A stretch of DNA of 64,000 nt from a virus, in the IMG/VR virus record IMGVR_UViG_3300046820_000298, positions 1 through 64,000 of that record, one strand, 5' to 3'. Positions 20,129-31,840 of this stretch are shown piece by piece; positions within the stretch are counted from its first letter, which is position 1; every line of letters begins with the position of its first letter. The notes beneath the pieces are model-generated. The model was given only the letters and a program-made list of their open reading frames with translations, searched no databases and was not told where the DNA came from. A program made the translations under genes and the position numbers.

Positions 20129-22336
20129 TTAAAAGTTAAGCCAACCTTTGGCAATAGCATTTTTTATCACCTGATCATCTTGTGTATACTTAATTGGAGT
20201 TCCTCCATTAAGTGCATCCTCTCCTGTCTCTGGATCGGTAAAGGTAATGTATGGATCTCCATCTCCTCTAGAAATAACATTAACATATATAGGATCTCCA
20301 GCTAATTTTATTGTTTCAATAGTACCAACAGATCCAGCTATTCTAGTATTATGTTGCTGTATTAAAGATGCTAATCTAACTTCAGGGTCCGACATTGCAT
20401 TTCTAAGTTCTTTAGAAGTTATCTGTCTTCCATCGTAAATAGCTGTAATGGAGCCTGGTTTATCTCCTCCTTTCTCTAAGTGTATCTGATACAAATTTGT
20501 TTGGAGATTAGGGTAAGCACCTTTCATTACATATCCTTCTGCTGCTAACTCTGCTCCAGTTTTTTGCTCTCCATTAACTGTAAAGATTTGATTTTCGAAT
20601 GGCATCTTACCATTAAAGTATTCATTTTTTGCTTTAGTAAGAGCTAAACTTTTTTCTGGATCTCCAACATCGATTGTACCTGCATTAAATAGAAAAGAGG
20701 CTTTTATTTCTGGTATGACATTTTTTATCTGCTCGTCAAATTTTTCTTTAAAAATTGAAGCTGGTGTATACAATCCGACTGCTTTTCCCTGCTCTTGTTT
20801 TAATCTATTTTGGCTTTCGAATCTATACCATTTTCTAATATGATTATCATAGGCCCCTTGCCCATATTCGTTATCAAAAGCTGTTTTTAAAGCTTCGGGT
20901 TTACTTACAATAATATTATAGATCTCACCTGCCGATGCATTAGGATTAGCTTTTTTAACAGCATTTACTAACGTAGGATCTTGTTTTTCTAAAGTTGCCA
21001 TATTAATAGCCTTATCAGTAGCAGCTTTTAACTGCCCTTCAACCCTGGACCTTTCATTAATATTACTAGCTAAAGCAGCCTTTTTTGTATTTAACATCTG
21101 ATCTGACATGCCACCTGCTGCGATTTCTGCTTCTAGATTTGTAATTTGCTGATTTATACCTGTTAAGTAATCTCGTTTACTTGTAGGAGTTGCCCCTGAT
21201 ATATCGTCTGCTGCAGTTACATCTCCTTGCTCATAAAGGGGTACTCCCATAGCAGCTCGTGCATCTGCTTGTCTTTTCATAGCATCGAGCTGTACTGCAT
21301 AGTTATTCTCATAACTATACTCAGTAGTATGCTCTCTAACTCCAGCTTTCTTCAAAGCATATTCCTTAACTGGATCAAGCAGTTCATTCTTAAACTGCTC
21401 TTTAAGATATGTACTAGCTAAATTAGGATCAGACTTAGCTGTTTGAATCTTTTTGTTTTCTTCAGCTAGTGCAGTTATTTTATTTCCAAGAACCTTTTTA
21501 TCTGCAGCTGAATACTTTCCAGTAGCTATAGCCTGGTTAATCTGATCAATAGCAGATTGATTATTCTTAAGTTTAGCATCCAAGTAAGCTCCAGTGTTAC
21601 CACTTCTATCAGCCATATACAACTTCATGTCTGCTCTTTGGTCTAGATACATTCTAACATCTGGCTCTTGAATAACAGAATTATAGACATCCATTACGTC
21701 TTCTTCTGGTATTTGTACAATTTTTTCCCCGGATGTTACTTTCCAAACACCGTTAGCATCTAATCCAGCCTTTCCGGTTTTACCTCCACTAGTTTTTTCA
21801 TAAAGGATCTCTAGTCTCTCCTTCATCTTATCCATCAACTTAGGATCTTTGTAGATAGTAGGAGCTGAGAACATGGTCCCTTCTTTTGCTTTACCAGTAG
21901 TAGGATCTACTTCAAACCCTTTATACCCTTTAGTAATGTAAGAGGTAGCCATGTTGTAATCCTCAGCATTGATATCTCCTTTCTTAAATTGCTCATCTAT
22001 CTCTTTAAGAGCTCCTTGATATCTTTCGTAGTTCTCTTTGATAGGAGCATAGCTAGTAGAGAAATCCTTGGTTGCCTTATGAACAGCAAAGCCTAGGTTT
22101 TCGTAATCTCCTCTGTTAGATAAAAGGTCTAGCTTCTCATTAATCTGAGTCTCTAGTTCTTTCTTCCTAGCTAAATCATTCTCAAATGGAAGGGCAGCTT
22201 TCATCCCTTCTACAGCCATAGATAACTGGTCATTAGCTTTGAAGTTCTCCATAAATCTATTACGAAGAGTCTCTGATATAGCTACAGACTGTGGGTCCAC
22301 ATAAGTACTTACATATTCACCAAACTTATACGGCAT
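20129..22336 (-). CDS. putative virion cargo/ejection protein
   Basis: 735 aa, helical and Cys-free. Lies between the glycine-zipper cargo gene and the giant ejection genes. Confidence 0.65.
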   Translation of the reverse strand: MPYKFGEYVSTYVDPQSVAISETLRNRFMENFKANDQLSMAVEGMKAALPFENDLARKKELETQINEKLDLLSNRGDYENLGFAVHKATKDFSTSYAPIKENYERYQGALKEIDEQFKKGDINAEDYNMATSYITKGYKGFEVDPTTGKAKEGTMFSAPTIYKDPKLMDKMKERLEILYEKTSGGKTGKAGLDANGVWKVTSGEKIVQIPEEDVMDVYNSVIQEPDVRMYLDQRADMKLYMADRSGNTGAYLDAKLKNNQSAIDQINQAIATGKYSAADKKVLGNKITALAEENKKIQTAKSDPNLASTYLKEQFKNELLDPVKEYALKKAGVREHTTEYSYENNYAVQLDAMKRQADARAAMGVPLYEQGDVTAADDISGATPTSKRDYLTGINQQITNLEAEIAAGGMSDQMLNTKKAALASNINERSRVEGQLKAATDKAINMATLEKQDPTLVNAVKKANPNASAGEIYNIIVSKPEALKTAFDNEYGQGAYDNHIRKWYRFESQNRLKQEQGKAVGLYTPASIFKEKFDEQIKNVIPEIKASFLFNAGTIDVGDPEKSLALTKAKNEYFNGKMPFENQIFTVNGEQKTGAELAAEGYVMKGAYPNLQTNLYQIHLEKGGDKPGSITAIYDGRQITSKELRNAMSDPEVRLASLIQQHNTRIAGSVGTIETIKLAGDPIYVNVISRGDGDPYITFTDPETGEDALNGGTPIKYTQDDQVIKNAIAKGWLNF

Positions 22337-22341
22337 AGCTT

Positions 22342-25300
22342 TTATATATTAAAATTTCTTTTATTTCTTCCTCTGTTCAAATCTCCAAGACGGCTAGTGT
22401 ATCTTCTGCTTCCTCTGATTCCTCCCATCTTTTTCTTGTCTTCTCCTTCTAGACCTAGTTTTCCTAATACCTCATTATAAGTATCAGATGCAATTTTTCT
22501 AAGTTCTGCATCTGTCTTACCATAGTAAGGAGAGTCTTTCTTTTTAGCTTCTTTCTGAACTTGTTCGTAGATTGTAAAACGATCGTAAGAACCAGTGTTA
22601 TCTATAGCTTTAGCAAGTCTCTCTTGAGCTTTGTAAGATTTTTCATCTTTTACAATACCAGCAATACGAGAAGCAGCAGTATCAAGAGCTCCAAGAATTT
22701 CTTCCCTCTTGTATCTCTTTTCATCAATCTGCATTTTTCTTTCTTGAATACCAGCCTCAAGATTTGATTGGTTAACTGCTAGTCTATTTTGAACATTAGC
22801 CATGTTAGCTCTCTGAGCTGTCTCAGCATTAAACTGAGAAGCTTGTTGACCTAGTCTTGCTTCTTCTGCAGCTAGTTGCTTATTAGCTTCTTGCTCTTGG
22901 TTAGCAATTGATAGGTTCTGATTATTCTGTGCTGCATTGGCAGCCATCATAGCAGCTATTCCTCCAGGACCAGCATTGGTATTTTGGATAGCATTTCTCA
23001 TTGCTACAGTATTATTAGAGGCTGCAGCTCTTTCAGCATTCATGTTTACTCTTGGGAGTATTGCTCCTCTAACACTTCCTGCTCCTACATTTCCTCCTCC
23101 TACCATTCGTGGGAGATTACCCTCAGCTTTATAAGGACGAGCAAGTGCATATCCTACTGGAATCAATTGACCAAGTCCTGCAAGTAGTGAGCCGTTAACT
23201 CCTTTTTTAACGTCTGCTATTATTTTATTTCCCTCTCCTTTTTTTGGTTCTTCTGGTTTTGGTAGGCCTGTATCTTTTTTCTCAATTTCTGGGTCTGGTA
23301 TACTGTCAGTTACTCCTTTACTTTTTATAGGCTCAAAATCTTCTACATACAGTCTAGATGTAGCAGTTTGTTCACCAAACTTACCATCCTCTTTAAGTTT
23401 TTCTCCAGTTCTAACTCGTTTGTTATATTCTTGTTGGAAGTTCAGAACTTGATCTTTATTAGATGGATTAAATTTTGAAAAGTCATACCAAGGATTAGCA
23501 GCTTTCATATCTGTATATTGTGCCTCAGTAACATTTCCATAGAATTTATCACCTTCATGCTGACCACCAGGAACTCCTTTCATAGAAGTACTTGTACCAT
23601 ACTCACCATCTTTAATAGGTCTTGTTCTTTCTGGAAATCCTGCAGTTTGGTATTTCTTAACCATACCACTATTAGTAGTAAGTTTGCCAGGAGCAGCTGA
23701 CTGTTGATCAGATGGAGCCATAGCATTAACTTGGTTAACATCTCTAAGTGTTACATAATCTGCGTCCATTTCAGATTGAGCCATAGCTAATTGGTCTGGT
23801 CCAGCCAGTCTGTACTTATGAATTCCTCCATAAGCTGCTATCTGATTAGGGCTTCTATCCTTCTCCCCTCTTTTATTAGCTACAGCTTCTTGTTTCTTAG
23901 CTAGATCTTGAATTTCTTTTTGGCCAGCTCCTTGTTTAATAAGATCTTCATGCCTTTTAGCAAAAGACTTACCACCTAGTTTAAGGTAAGCTGAGAAGAA
24001 GTAATCATTAGGTTTACCACCATTCATCATTACCTGATCCATAGTCTCTCCACCTTCTACCTCAGTTTGTGGATCAAGTTTAATTCCACCTTCATAGTGC
24101 TTTCTTCCTACAAACTTAATTGCATCATCTCCGATAGGAACCATTTTCCCACCTGGAAGTTTACCACCAGTCTTTCCATAGAAAGAACTAGTAGGCTGCA
24201 TGTTCATATTGGTTGAGGTGTTATACCCAAAACCAGTTTGCATTCCACTAAGTCTTGAGTTAACAAAAGCTGTATTATATCTCTGAGCTAAAAGATTACC
24301 TTGCTTGTTAATTTCAGCAACTCTTTTTCTTTCAGCTTCTGCTAATTCAGCTTGTTCTTTTGTATACTCTCCAACTATCTCTTTGGATTCTTTGTTTTCT
24401 TTTATACCCTTTACTAATCCAGTTCCAGCACCTATCAATCCTCCGATAACTGCACCTCCAACTGTTCCTATTGGACCTCCAATTAAAGTTCCGGCACTAG
24501 CTCCTAGTCCAACTCCGGTACCAGCAGATTTCATTGCTGATCCTATTAGATTTCTATTCTTTTCTTTTTTAGTAAAAGTTCTGTAATCACCATCATCCCC
24601 ACTCTTTTCAATAAGTCTTCCACCAATATTTAAACCAAGGCCAATACCTGCAGTTGCTAGACCAGTTCCAATACTAGTTGCCGTTCCAGCGGCATTAGCT
24701 CCTGCTCCGGCTGCCGTTCCGGCTGTAGAAGCTCCAGCTGAAGCACCTGCACCTGCCCCGGCTGATGCTGCTTGACCTACTTGACTACCAACTTCTACTG
24801 CTCCTGGAAGGAGAGTTCCAGCTGTAGTAGCAGAACTAGCTACGGGAGCATACATTGCTGGCATAGTTGGAAGAGTGTTTAAACCTACAGAAGCAGCACT
24901 TGGAGCTGCAGATGCTGCTAAAGGTGCCAATGTTCCAGCGACATTACTTCCAGTTTGAAGTGCAGTATTGCCTATTGCACTAGCAGCAGCTTGTTCAGCA
25001 GCTTTCTGAGCAGCTTTTTGTTTAAGATAGGTTTTAGCTAAATCAGATCCAGATGACAAAGCCTCTGTAGCAATCTGCTGAGTCTCTGCTTTATTAGCAG
25101 CTTTAGTTTCCTGTATAACTTGTTTTTCCTGAGCCTCTCTGTTCTTCTTAGCCACCTCTGCTTTTATAGCTTGGCTAGATGCATAGTCACCAAACCTTGT
25201 TACATCATTGTAGTATCTGTCAGCTTCTTGTCCAGCTTGTTCAGCAAATGTACCACTGATATAATATGGGTTAACTCCTTGTTGGTATGTCGAAGAGTTG

Positions 25301-25374
25301 GCTCCAGCAAATTGATACTTTTTAACCAGTTGTTTAGTTGCTGGTTTAGATTTAGATATGGATTTCTTAGCCAT
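22342..25374 (-). CDS. cargo/ejection protein with glycine-zipper membrane segments
   Basis: 1010 aa. Ala/Gly-rich region, GPIGTVGGAVIGGLIG zipper, KHYEGGI...EVEGGE motif and Gln/Ala coiled coil. Adjacent to the muzzle gene. Confidence 0.7.
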   Translation of the reverse strand: MAKKSISKSKPATKQLVKKYQFAGANSSTYQQGVNPYYISGTFAEQAGQEADRYYNDVTRFGDYASSQAIKAEVAKKNREAQEKQVIQETKAANKAETQQIATEALSSGSDLAKTYLKQKAAQKAAEQAAASAIGNTALQTGSNVAGTLAPLAASAAPSAASVGLNTLPTMPAMYAPVASSATTAGTLLPGAVEVGSQVGQAASAGAGAGASAGASTAGTAAGAGANAAGTATSIGTGLATAGIGLGLNIGGRLIEKSGDDGDYRTFTKKEKNRNLIGSAMKSAGTGVGLGASAGTLIGGPIGTVGGAVIGGLIGAGTGLVKGIKENKESKEIVGEYTKEQAELAEAERKRVAEINKQGNLLAQRYNTAFVNSRLSGMQTGFGYNTSTNMNMQPTSSFYGKTGGKLPGGKMVPIGDDAIKFVGRKHYEGGIKLDPQTEVEGGETMDQVMMNGGKPNDYFFSAYLKLGGKSFAKRHEDLIKQGAGQKEIQDLAKKQEAVANKRGEKDRSPNQIAAYGGIHKYRLAGPDQLAMAQSEMDADYVTLRDVNQVNAMAPSDQQSAAPGKLTTNSGMVKKYQTAGFPERTRPIKDGEYGTSTSMKGVPGGQHEGDKFYGNVTEAQYTDMKAANPWYDFSKFNPSNKDQVLNFQQEYNKRVRTGEKLKEDGKFGEQTATSRLYVEDFEPIKSKGVTDSIPDPEIEKKDTGLPKPEEPKKGEGNKIIADVKKGVNGSLLAGLGQLIPVGYALARPYKAEGNLPRMVGGGNVGAGSVRGAILPRVNMNAERAAASNNTVAMRNAIQNTNAGPGGIAAMMAANAAQNNQNLSIANQEQEANKQLAAEEARLGQQASQFNAETAQRANMANVQNRLAVNQSNLEAGIQERKMQIDEKRYKREEILGALDTAASRIAGIVKDEKSYKAQERLAKAIDNTGSYDRFTIYEQVQKEAKKKDSPYYGKTDAELRKIASDTYNEVLGKLGLEGEDKKKMGGIRGSRRYTSRLGDLNRGRNKRNFNI

Positions 25375-25385
25375 TTAGTTAAAGG

Positions 25386-28300
25386 TTATCTCGGTGATAC
25401 TCTTAGAGCAGCGGTCACAGTATACAAATTTATCAAATTTTTTGATAAGTTGTTAGCTATTAAACGAATTCCTAAAAATTTATCTACGAACTTTCTTTGC
25501 TCGTACCAAGGTTTGTTATAGTTTATGTAGTTTGAGTTTATAATTCCTTCAGAAAGGAACATAGATTCTGTTTGTGTAGCTGTATAAGTACCATTGTAAG
25601 GAACTCCTTGTACGTTAATTTGTCCTACAGCTAATCCAGTATTAACTACAACATTAGACAGATCTCTAAATGCATTTACATTCCAGTTGTTATCTGTTTT
25701 TCTAATGTTACTGAGGTATACGAAGGCTGTCTCCCCAGATATCTGAGTAGTGTTGTATGTATAGAAGCTTGTAAATCCAGGATCAAACTGATGCTCTACA
25801 GGTAAGGCAACATTGCCTTTAGTAAACACGTCAGTTGTAAACTTAAATCCTGAGAATACTGCATTTACTGGGGCTGTGAATATGCAGTCTATTTCAAAGT
25901 TATAGACTGTACCATAGAAGTTACCAGGGTTAGTAAGGTCACTGTGTTCGTACATCCCTGCAAATCCTGATACAGTATTAAAGGTGTACATGAACTTAGA
26001 GTTAAACCCATACAACGATGGTACATAAGAGTGTCTACTGGCCCATACAGACATAGTGTTGGAGAACGATATTGTCCATCCACCTCTTTTAAAGTAAGCA
26101 CCTTCCTCTATTGGAAGTATTGATCTGTAAAGTTCAAATCTACCATTTACTCTAGAGTAAGTTATCTGCCCACTATTGTATTCATCTAAAAACAATTGAG
26201 TTGGGACAAGCTCTCTCTTTGTAATAAGAGTACGTTTGAATAGTGGGTCGTAGCTAACTAAGAACCCAAAGTCTCCAGTTGGAGCATCTGTCGGGGTATT
26301 TGTGTAATCCGGATCCCATCCAAAAGCTTCTAGTTCGAATGGGATGTGCTCTCTAGCCCAAGCATTTATCCCCAAAAGAGTAAGGTCTGTAACCTCGTCT
26401 TTAACCAAGAAGATTTTTCTTGATTTACGTGCTACGAAAATATACCCGTCTTTGGTAACCAGTGAACCCATCTTGTTGTAAAGGCCGTTGTAGCCTTCTA
26501 TACTTTGGATGAATTCATCTGGCTCTTGAGCAAACAAGTCTCCAGATCCAATGTAAGCTTGAGTAGCATCTGCAAGTTCAAGGTTCTGTTTACCTTTAGT
26601 TCTAAATAAACTCTTTTCTGTATGTATGTAGAGAAGAGCTTTTAGGTTAAAGATATTTGTAATCTGTCCTTTGTTAACTGCAAAGTCTTTATACTGTAAA
26701 CCTAAGAAATATCTGTAGGTATCATTGAAGTTACCATCTTGTACAGAAGATCTGATAACCCTGTTAGGGAAAGCAAGAGTAACATTGTTCTCTTTAGGGA
26801 ACGGGATTCCCACTCTGATATCTTGAAGAGCAGAGTAGTGATCTTCGTAGAGTAAGTTATCCATCTTAGTTAAATCCCCAAGTGGACTTCTGTACAATAC
26901 GTCAGCAGCTACGTACTTATCAAAGAACATACTGTTCAATTCACTTACTCCTTTCTCCGGATCTCCAGCATGTCGGTAGTTGATGTTGTCATCAGTTTCC
27001 ACCATGTATTGGTATACCGTAGTAAAGACTTCATCTCCTCTAGTAGTCCAGTTTGCACCTAATGATGTGGCAGACCTTCTAGCTCCACCAAACTCATTTC
27101 CTGCTCCTTCAATAGGGTCTGTACCTGAGTTATCATCAGCTCCTCCCCACCACAATACATTGTAGTCTGCAGTAGTACCAAATATATTTGTTAAGTAAGA
27201 AGGTGTCTTACCTGAGTTATTATCCAAAGGAATATCACCCCATATGTATGCGGTAGGTTGTTTTAATCCTGCAACTTGTTGATCAAATACATTGAACTTA
27301 TTTACTCCTCTATTAAATCTAGCTAGACCATAGAGGTTAGATGTAGTTCTATAACTGTATTTACATATATAAGTATCTCCACCGTATACATCTCCAGACA
27401 CTGATTGCAAAGAGCTATCTCCGTAATAGTAGTTTCCGTCTGAGTCTACCCCAGTTTTAATATCCACACTTAGAAGGCTTTTGTAGTAACCAGTCCAAAC
27501 TAATTGCTGCTTATCAAATGGTTCAAATACATCAGTCTTATTAGAGCATACGTTCACCAGATAAGTATTAGGTCTAGCTTTAGGCTCGTTTCCTACAGGA
27601 AATACCTCTGTTGGTGTTGCATCTGGAGAGTTTGAGCTTGCAGGGTTGGTAGTAAGAGCATAAGGCTGTCTTAAACTACTATGTCCCTTCATCATCATCT
27701 TTGTAAAGATGCCTTCTGTTAAGTACCAAAGTTTATCATTATTTATCGTGGATGTCGTAGGATCATAAATAAAGTGTCTTGGGTAATTAATATCATGACC
27801 TCCTACCAATTGGGAAGCTGTATCTGGGTATAAACTTGGATCATAATATGAAGTACCAAGTCCTGTAAAATATATTTTAAGACCCCATATCAAGTTACTT
27901 AATCCTACATAACTCCAGTCATTAGTTCTATATCCACCAAGCATTGGCAGTCCTGATGCTAGGCTTATGGCAATAGAGCTTTCCCCAAAAGAATTGTGGA
28001 TATAAGTAGCTCCTTTAAATCCATTAGCAGTAGTTGACTTAAGTATGCTCAGCCCATTAACATAGGTAGCTCCTTCAGGTTCTATCATGAACACTGTCTG
28101 AGTGTTAGATAGCAAAGCAGCTTGGCTAGTTACTAGGTTTGGAAACTGATTTATATCTCCAAGCCATCTTTCTACATCGGATGCTGTTTTATCATTCCAT
28201 AGTATTCCTATGTCAACTTTATTACCAGTTGAATCATTAAGAGTTCCTGGAGTTGCATATCTACTTGCTATGTAGACGTTGCCCCACAATATCTTAGGAC

Positions 28301-30938
28301 CTTGGTTATCAAAGTATGGGGAATCAGCAGTTCTTGAAAAGTCAAACATATTACCTAGATCCTCATGCACCCATGCATAAGCATCGTCCCCAACTCCAGA
28401 TCTAAATGTTCTGTAATATTCGTTAGCAAGGTCATCTCCTGAGAATGCTACAGTATCTGTACTCTTTAAAGATCCTTTGTAACCACCTCTCCAGCTTTCC
28501 ATTAAAACTACATACTGCACATCTACGTGAGTAGCTGTAGCAAGAGTATACTTCTTTCTTAAAAGAGTAAAGTCATGGAACTTAAATACAGGGTTACCTA
28601 TATAGTTAAGTGGAGCATTTCTAGTAAGTTGTATTCTTTTAACACTCTCCGGACTATTGTCACGTAGTGTAAATATATCTTGAACCCACAGGCTATCTGA
28701 TATTGCAAGACCTCCGTATTTAAGATCTCCATCTAGAGACCATATGTTGAAGAATGGGCCAGTACCTGCATTATTTGCATTATTTAAAACATTAGATGCT
28801 AAGTAAGGAGTACCTGGATGAGCTCCACTTTGACCAATAATAGTCTTATTACCTTGAGTCCTTTTAGCATAGTAAACCTTGTACCCTTGTACTTGATTTA
28901 GTATGAATTTAGGGATCTTAAGGTTTTGAAGCTTAACTCCAAGTATTCTTACTTGGTCATTAAATGTTCTATACCCATCTGCATTAGATAAGTATCCTGG
29001 ATCATCCAACGGAATAGAGCCAAAGTATGTATCTCTTACAACGTGGCTAAAATTAACATTGTGGTTAGACGGCATCTTATGGTGTCTAACATTGCTATTA
29101 GCCAATGTAGATGCATATATGCCTTCTCCAGATGAGTTAACTCCCCATACTTCAAAGTCTTTAGTATCAGGGTAAAATTCATTTAGATTCTTCCAATATC
29201 CCATGTTGGAGAATAGCGGAATATTACCCATGTAGCTAGTATCAAAGTATTGATACACTCTACTTAGGTTATCATACTGCTTTATCTCTCTAGTTTTTAT
29301 AGGGAGACCTAGAGCTCCAAGTGTAGATCCTACTCCTGTTTCAAGTGCAGTCCAGTCATCCTCAAATGCTTCTAGTTGATTTCTTCCAGGAATGTGATAA
29401 GCAAAACTTTCACTCCCATCTTTTAATACAAATGAGATGTAGAATGAATACACCTCTCCTCTTCTATACCCTTTTTTAGAGAATAGATTACTTGGGTCTC
29501 TATATCCTGCAGATTTATTTTGCTGTATTGGGATTATGATGCTAGTTACATATGCTTCTGAAACACCATCTACTCCTTTAAACTGTGTATGTCTAACTCC
29601 ACTAGTTATATCCCCCATAGGTCCCCAGGTAGTTCCACCAGAGAGACTTACAGTTGAAGTAATCTGAAACTCACTAGCTAGTGTAGGGGGATCAGGATAT
29701 ACTAATTGTGCATACCCTTCATTAAGAGTGTAGACATCATATCGTCTGGGGTCAAAAGAAGTAACTAACTCTACTACAGGCTCAACTTTAATGTTGTTGG
29801 CAAATCTCTGAAAACCTAGATCAGGTCTACTAGTAAGATTAGCAGCATATAGTTTATTATCTAGTTGGGTAATTGACTTAGCAGTTAGGTATCTAACCTT
29901 ATCAATTACTGCCTCTTCAATTGCAGAAGATGCTACTTTCTCAAGTCCACTGTATACTATGTTAGCAGTAGGACCAGTTATATTTACATACTCTAGTTTG
30001 AATACAAACCTTGCATTACCACTGTATTGAACTATATATGGAACTAGGAATCTGTATTCTTGGTTAAGTCCTTGTAATTGCCATTGAATTGATTTACTAG
30101 TTTGAGTTCCATTAGGAGCTCCAGTAATCATTTCTCTAGGGAAACTATCATCGTTAGCTGGCACTATATATACAGGATTAGAAACAGTTAGAACATTCGT
30201 TTCAGTTCTATTGTCATCTGCATACCCTATACCTAGGTAATATGCACCTGTAATAACTCCACCACCTTTAAGAATCTTTACACCTGCAAACTCTGGGATA
30301 CTACCACTATCCATAAACAAGTTAAGAAACTCTACTCTACTACTATTCCCGTATAGGTTTGCTGAGTCTCCAGTTACTAATATAGATTCCTCTTGTTTAG
30401 TTACATTAAATACTCGTGGAGGATTGTATTCTGATACGTACTCAATCCCAGTGGTTGGATCTGTTACTGCAGTATACTTATTATCAGTAAAGTATATAAT
30501 CTCTTCTTGAACTGGGGACTCTCTTAACTCTGCTGTTATTGGGTGATTTACATCAAAGTTTAAGTGTCCTTCTCTAGATCTACTAGTAGTGTAATATAGA
30601 AGTGTTGAAACTCTATTTGCTACATTTACTTTATAAATAGCAGATACTGTTACTACAAGTCCATTAGTAGTTGTAAACTCAGTAGCTCCAAATACTATGA
30701 AGTTGTCATCCAATAAAGCTATTTGCCCTACAATATCGAAGTTTACAGTAATAAATGCATTTCCTGATGGGATTGTAGCTGACAGATTTCCTACAAATTG
30801 GTTTCCATATTCATTTGCAACATTAAGCTGTAAGTCGTCAACAATAAGATTAAGGGCATCTCTATAGCTGCCATCCACCTGGTCCATTCGACCAGTATCC
30901 TTAATCATACCCTTTAAAGGCTTAAATGTATCTGCCAT
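25386..30938 (-). CDS. tail stabilization / muzzle protein (P22 gp10-like)
   Basis: 1850 aa and beta-rich. KGMIKD...YRDALN N-terminus, YFTDN..PPR, KGYRRGEVYSF, GGDTYI, WTISF...WASRHSY are typical of this crAss-like family. Confidence 0.8.
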   Translation of the reverse strand: MADTFKPLKGMIKDTGRMDQVDGSYRDALNLIVDDLQLNVANEYGNQFVGNLSATIPSGNAFITVNFDIVGQIALLDDNFIVFGATEFTTTNGLVVTVSAIYKVNVANRVSTLLYYTTSRSREGHLNFDVNHPITAELRESPVQEEIIYFTDNKYTAVTDPTTGIEYVSEYNPPRVFNVTKQEESILVTGDSANLYGNSSRVEFLNLFMDSGSIPEFAGVKILKGGGVITGAYYLGIGYADDNRTETNVLTVSNPVYIVPANDDSFPREMITGAPNGTQTSKSIQWQLQGLNQEYRFLVPYIVQYSGNARFVFKLEYVNITGPTANIVYSGLEKVASSAIEEAVIDKVRYLTAKSITQLDNKLYAANLTSRPDLGFQRFANNIKVEPVVELVTSFDPRRYDVYTLNEGYAQLVYPDPPTLASEFQITSTVSLSGGTTWGPMGDITSGVRHTQFKGVDGVSEAYVTSIIIPIQQNKSAGYRDPSNLFSKKGYRRGEVYSFYISFVLKDGSESFAYHIPGRNQLEAFEDDWTALETGVGSTLGALGLPIKTREIKQYDNLSRVYQYFDTSYMGNIPLFSNMGYWKNLNEFYPDTKDFEVWGVNSSGEGIYASTLANSNVRHHKMPSNHNVNFSHVVRDTYFGSIPLDDPGYLSNADGYRTFNDQVRILGVKLQNLKIPKFILNQVQGYKVYYAKRTQGNKTIIGQSGAHPGTPYLASNVLNNANNAGTGPFFNIWSLDGDLKYGGLAISDSLWVQDIFTLRDNSPESVKRIQLTRNAPLNYIGNPVFKFHDFTLLRKKYTLATATHVDVQYVVLMESWRGGYKGSLKSTDTVAFSGDDLANEYYRTFRSGVGDDAYAWVHEDLGNMFDFSRTADSPYFDNQGPKILWGNVYIASRYATPGTLNDSTGNKVDIGILWNDKTASDVERWLGDINQFPNLVTSQAALLSNTQTVFMIEPEGATYVNGLSILKSTTANGFKGATYIHNSFGESSIAISLASGLPMLGGYRTNDWSYVGLSNLIWGLKIYFTGLGTSYYDPSLYPDTASQLVGGHDINYPRHFIYDPTTSTINNDKLWYLTEGIFTKMMMKGHSSLRQPYALTTNPASSNSPDATPTEVFPVGNEPKARPNTYLVNVCSNKTDVFEPFDKQQLVWTGYYKSLLSVDIKTGVDSDGNYYYGDSSLQSVSGDVYGGDTYICKYSYRTTSNLYGLARFNRGVNKFNVFDQQVAGLKQPTAYIWGDIPLDNNSGKTPSYLTNIFGTTADYNVLWWGGADDNSGTDPIEGAGNEFGGARRSATSLGANWTTRGDEVFTTVYQYMVETDDNINYRHAGDPEKGVSELNSMFFDKYVAADVLYRSPLGDLTKMDNLLYEDHYSALQDIRVGIPFPKENNVTLAFPNRVIRSSVQDGNFNDTYRYFLGLQYKDFAVNKGQITNIFNLKALLYIHTEKSLFRTKGKQNLELADATQAYIGSGDLFAQEPDEFIQSIEGYNGLYNKMGSLVTKDGYIFVARKSRKIFLVKDEVTDLTLLGINAWAREHIPFELEAFGWDPDYTNTPTDAPTGDFGFLVSYDPLFKRTLITKRELVPTQLFLDEYNSGQITYSRVNGRFELYRSILPIEEGAYFKRGGWTISFSNTMSVWASRHSYVPSLYGFNSKFMYTFNTVSGFAGMYEHSDLTNPGNFYGTVYNFEIDCIFTAPVNAVFSGFKFTTDVFTKGNVALPVEHQFDPGFTSFYTYNTTQISGETAFVYLSNIRKTDNNWNVNAFRDLSNVVVNTGLAVGQINVQGVPYNGTYTATQTESMFLSEGIINSNYINYNKPWYEQRKFVDKFLGIRLIANNLSKNLINLYTVTAALRVSPR

Positions 30939-30940
30939 AA

Positions 30941-31837
30941 TTATAGAATTCCGTAGTTAGTATATCTTCCTCTGTCAAGTGTTTCTCTAGAACCAAGGTT
31001 CTCAAAGAAGTTAGCATGTCTGTTCAAGTTAGGAACAAGACGAACCCACTGGTTCATGAATGATTCGTACTTGTCGATACTTGGGAAGTTAGATTGGTTT
31101 CTAGCTTGTGAGCAGTAGAACTTCCATTTAGCATCAGCAAAGTCATACCCTATACCATTCATAGATGGGGTATATCCTCCAAGCAACATTTGCTTATATA
31201 CATACCAAAACAAAGCTTCTTTAAAGCTTATATCTTCTGGTATCATTGGGTAACAGTCGTCATCAATTGGAAATGCAGTGTAGCTAAGACACACAGCTCC
31301 ATCTTGGAATGAAGTCTTTATATAATCCCCGTCAATAATGTAGTTAGGTTTTACAATTCCATATAGGTTTCTACAATCCTCACAATCTAAGCTGTTAGGG
31401 AATGTAGTAGTTCCGTATTGCAATGGAGTTAGTGGTTGACCTGTATTTAAGTACAGATTCTCTAGAACAACTATTCTAGCATTTAACTCTCTAAGTTGAT
31501 TGTTAAATCCAATTTTATCGTTAGGGTCAGAAACAATCTGAGCATTCAAAGTTTTAACTTCTTCGAACAAAGCATCTAGTTCTGCAGCAATAGAAGGGTT
31601 AACAGAGTTGTTAACTGCTACTTGTTGCACATAGTACAAATCCATAGGAAGTAAAGCTCTAAAGTTCTTGATAGGAAGAACACACCCTTTCTGGCTTAGC
31701 TGAGGAGCAGAGCCAATATGCTCAAGTGCTTCTCCCATCCACTCTACTGCATCATCAATCCAGTTATCTCCGGGAGGTTTTAAATCCCTCATAACTTTTC
31801 TGATAATTACTTTACTTGATATTAGTTTGTACAGCAT
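30941..31837 (-). CDS. tail tubular / ring protein (P22 gp4-like)
   Basis: EWMGEAL...LPMD...YIKTSF..G...Y...P.DDD.YPMIP...EAL.WY. Immediately upstream of the muzzle gene. Confidence 0.75.
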   Translation of the reverse strand: MLYKLISSKVIIRKVMRDLKPPGDNWIDDAVEWMGEALEHIGSAPQLSQKGCVLPIKNFRALLPMDLYYVQQVAVNNSVNPSIAAELDALFEEVKTLNAQIVSDPNDKIGFNNQLRELNARIVVLENLYLNTGQPLTPLQYGTTTFPNSLDCEDCRNLYGIVKPNYIIDGDYIKTSFQDGAVCLSYTAFPIDDDCYPMIPEDISFKEALFWYVYKQMLLGGYTPSMNGIGYDFADAKWKFYCSQARNQSNFPSIDKYESFMNQWVRLVPNLNRHANFFENLGSRETLDRGRYTNYGIL

Positions 31838-31840
31838 CTT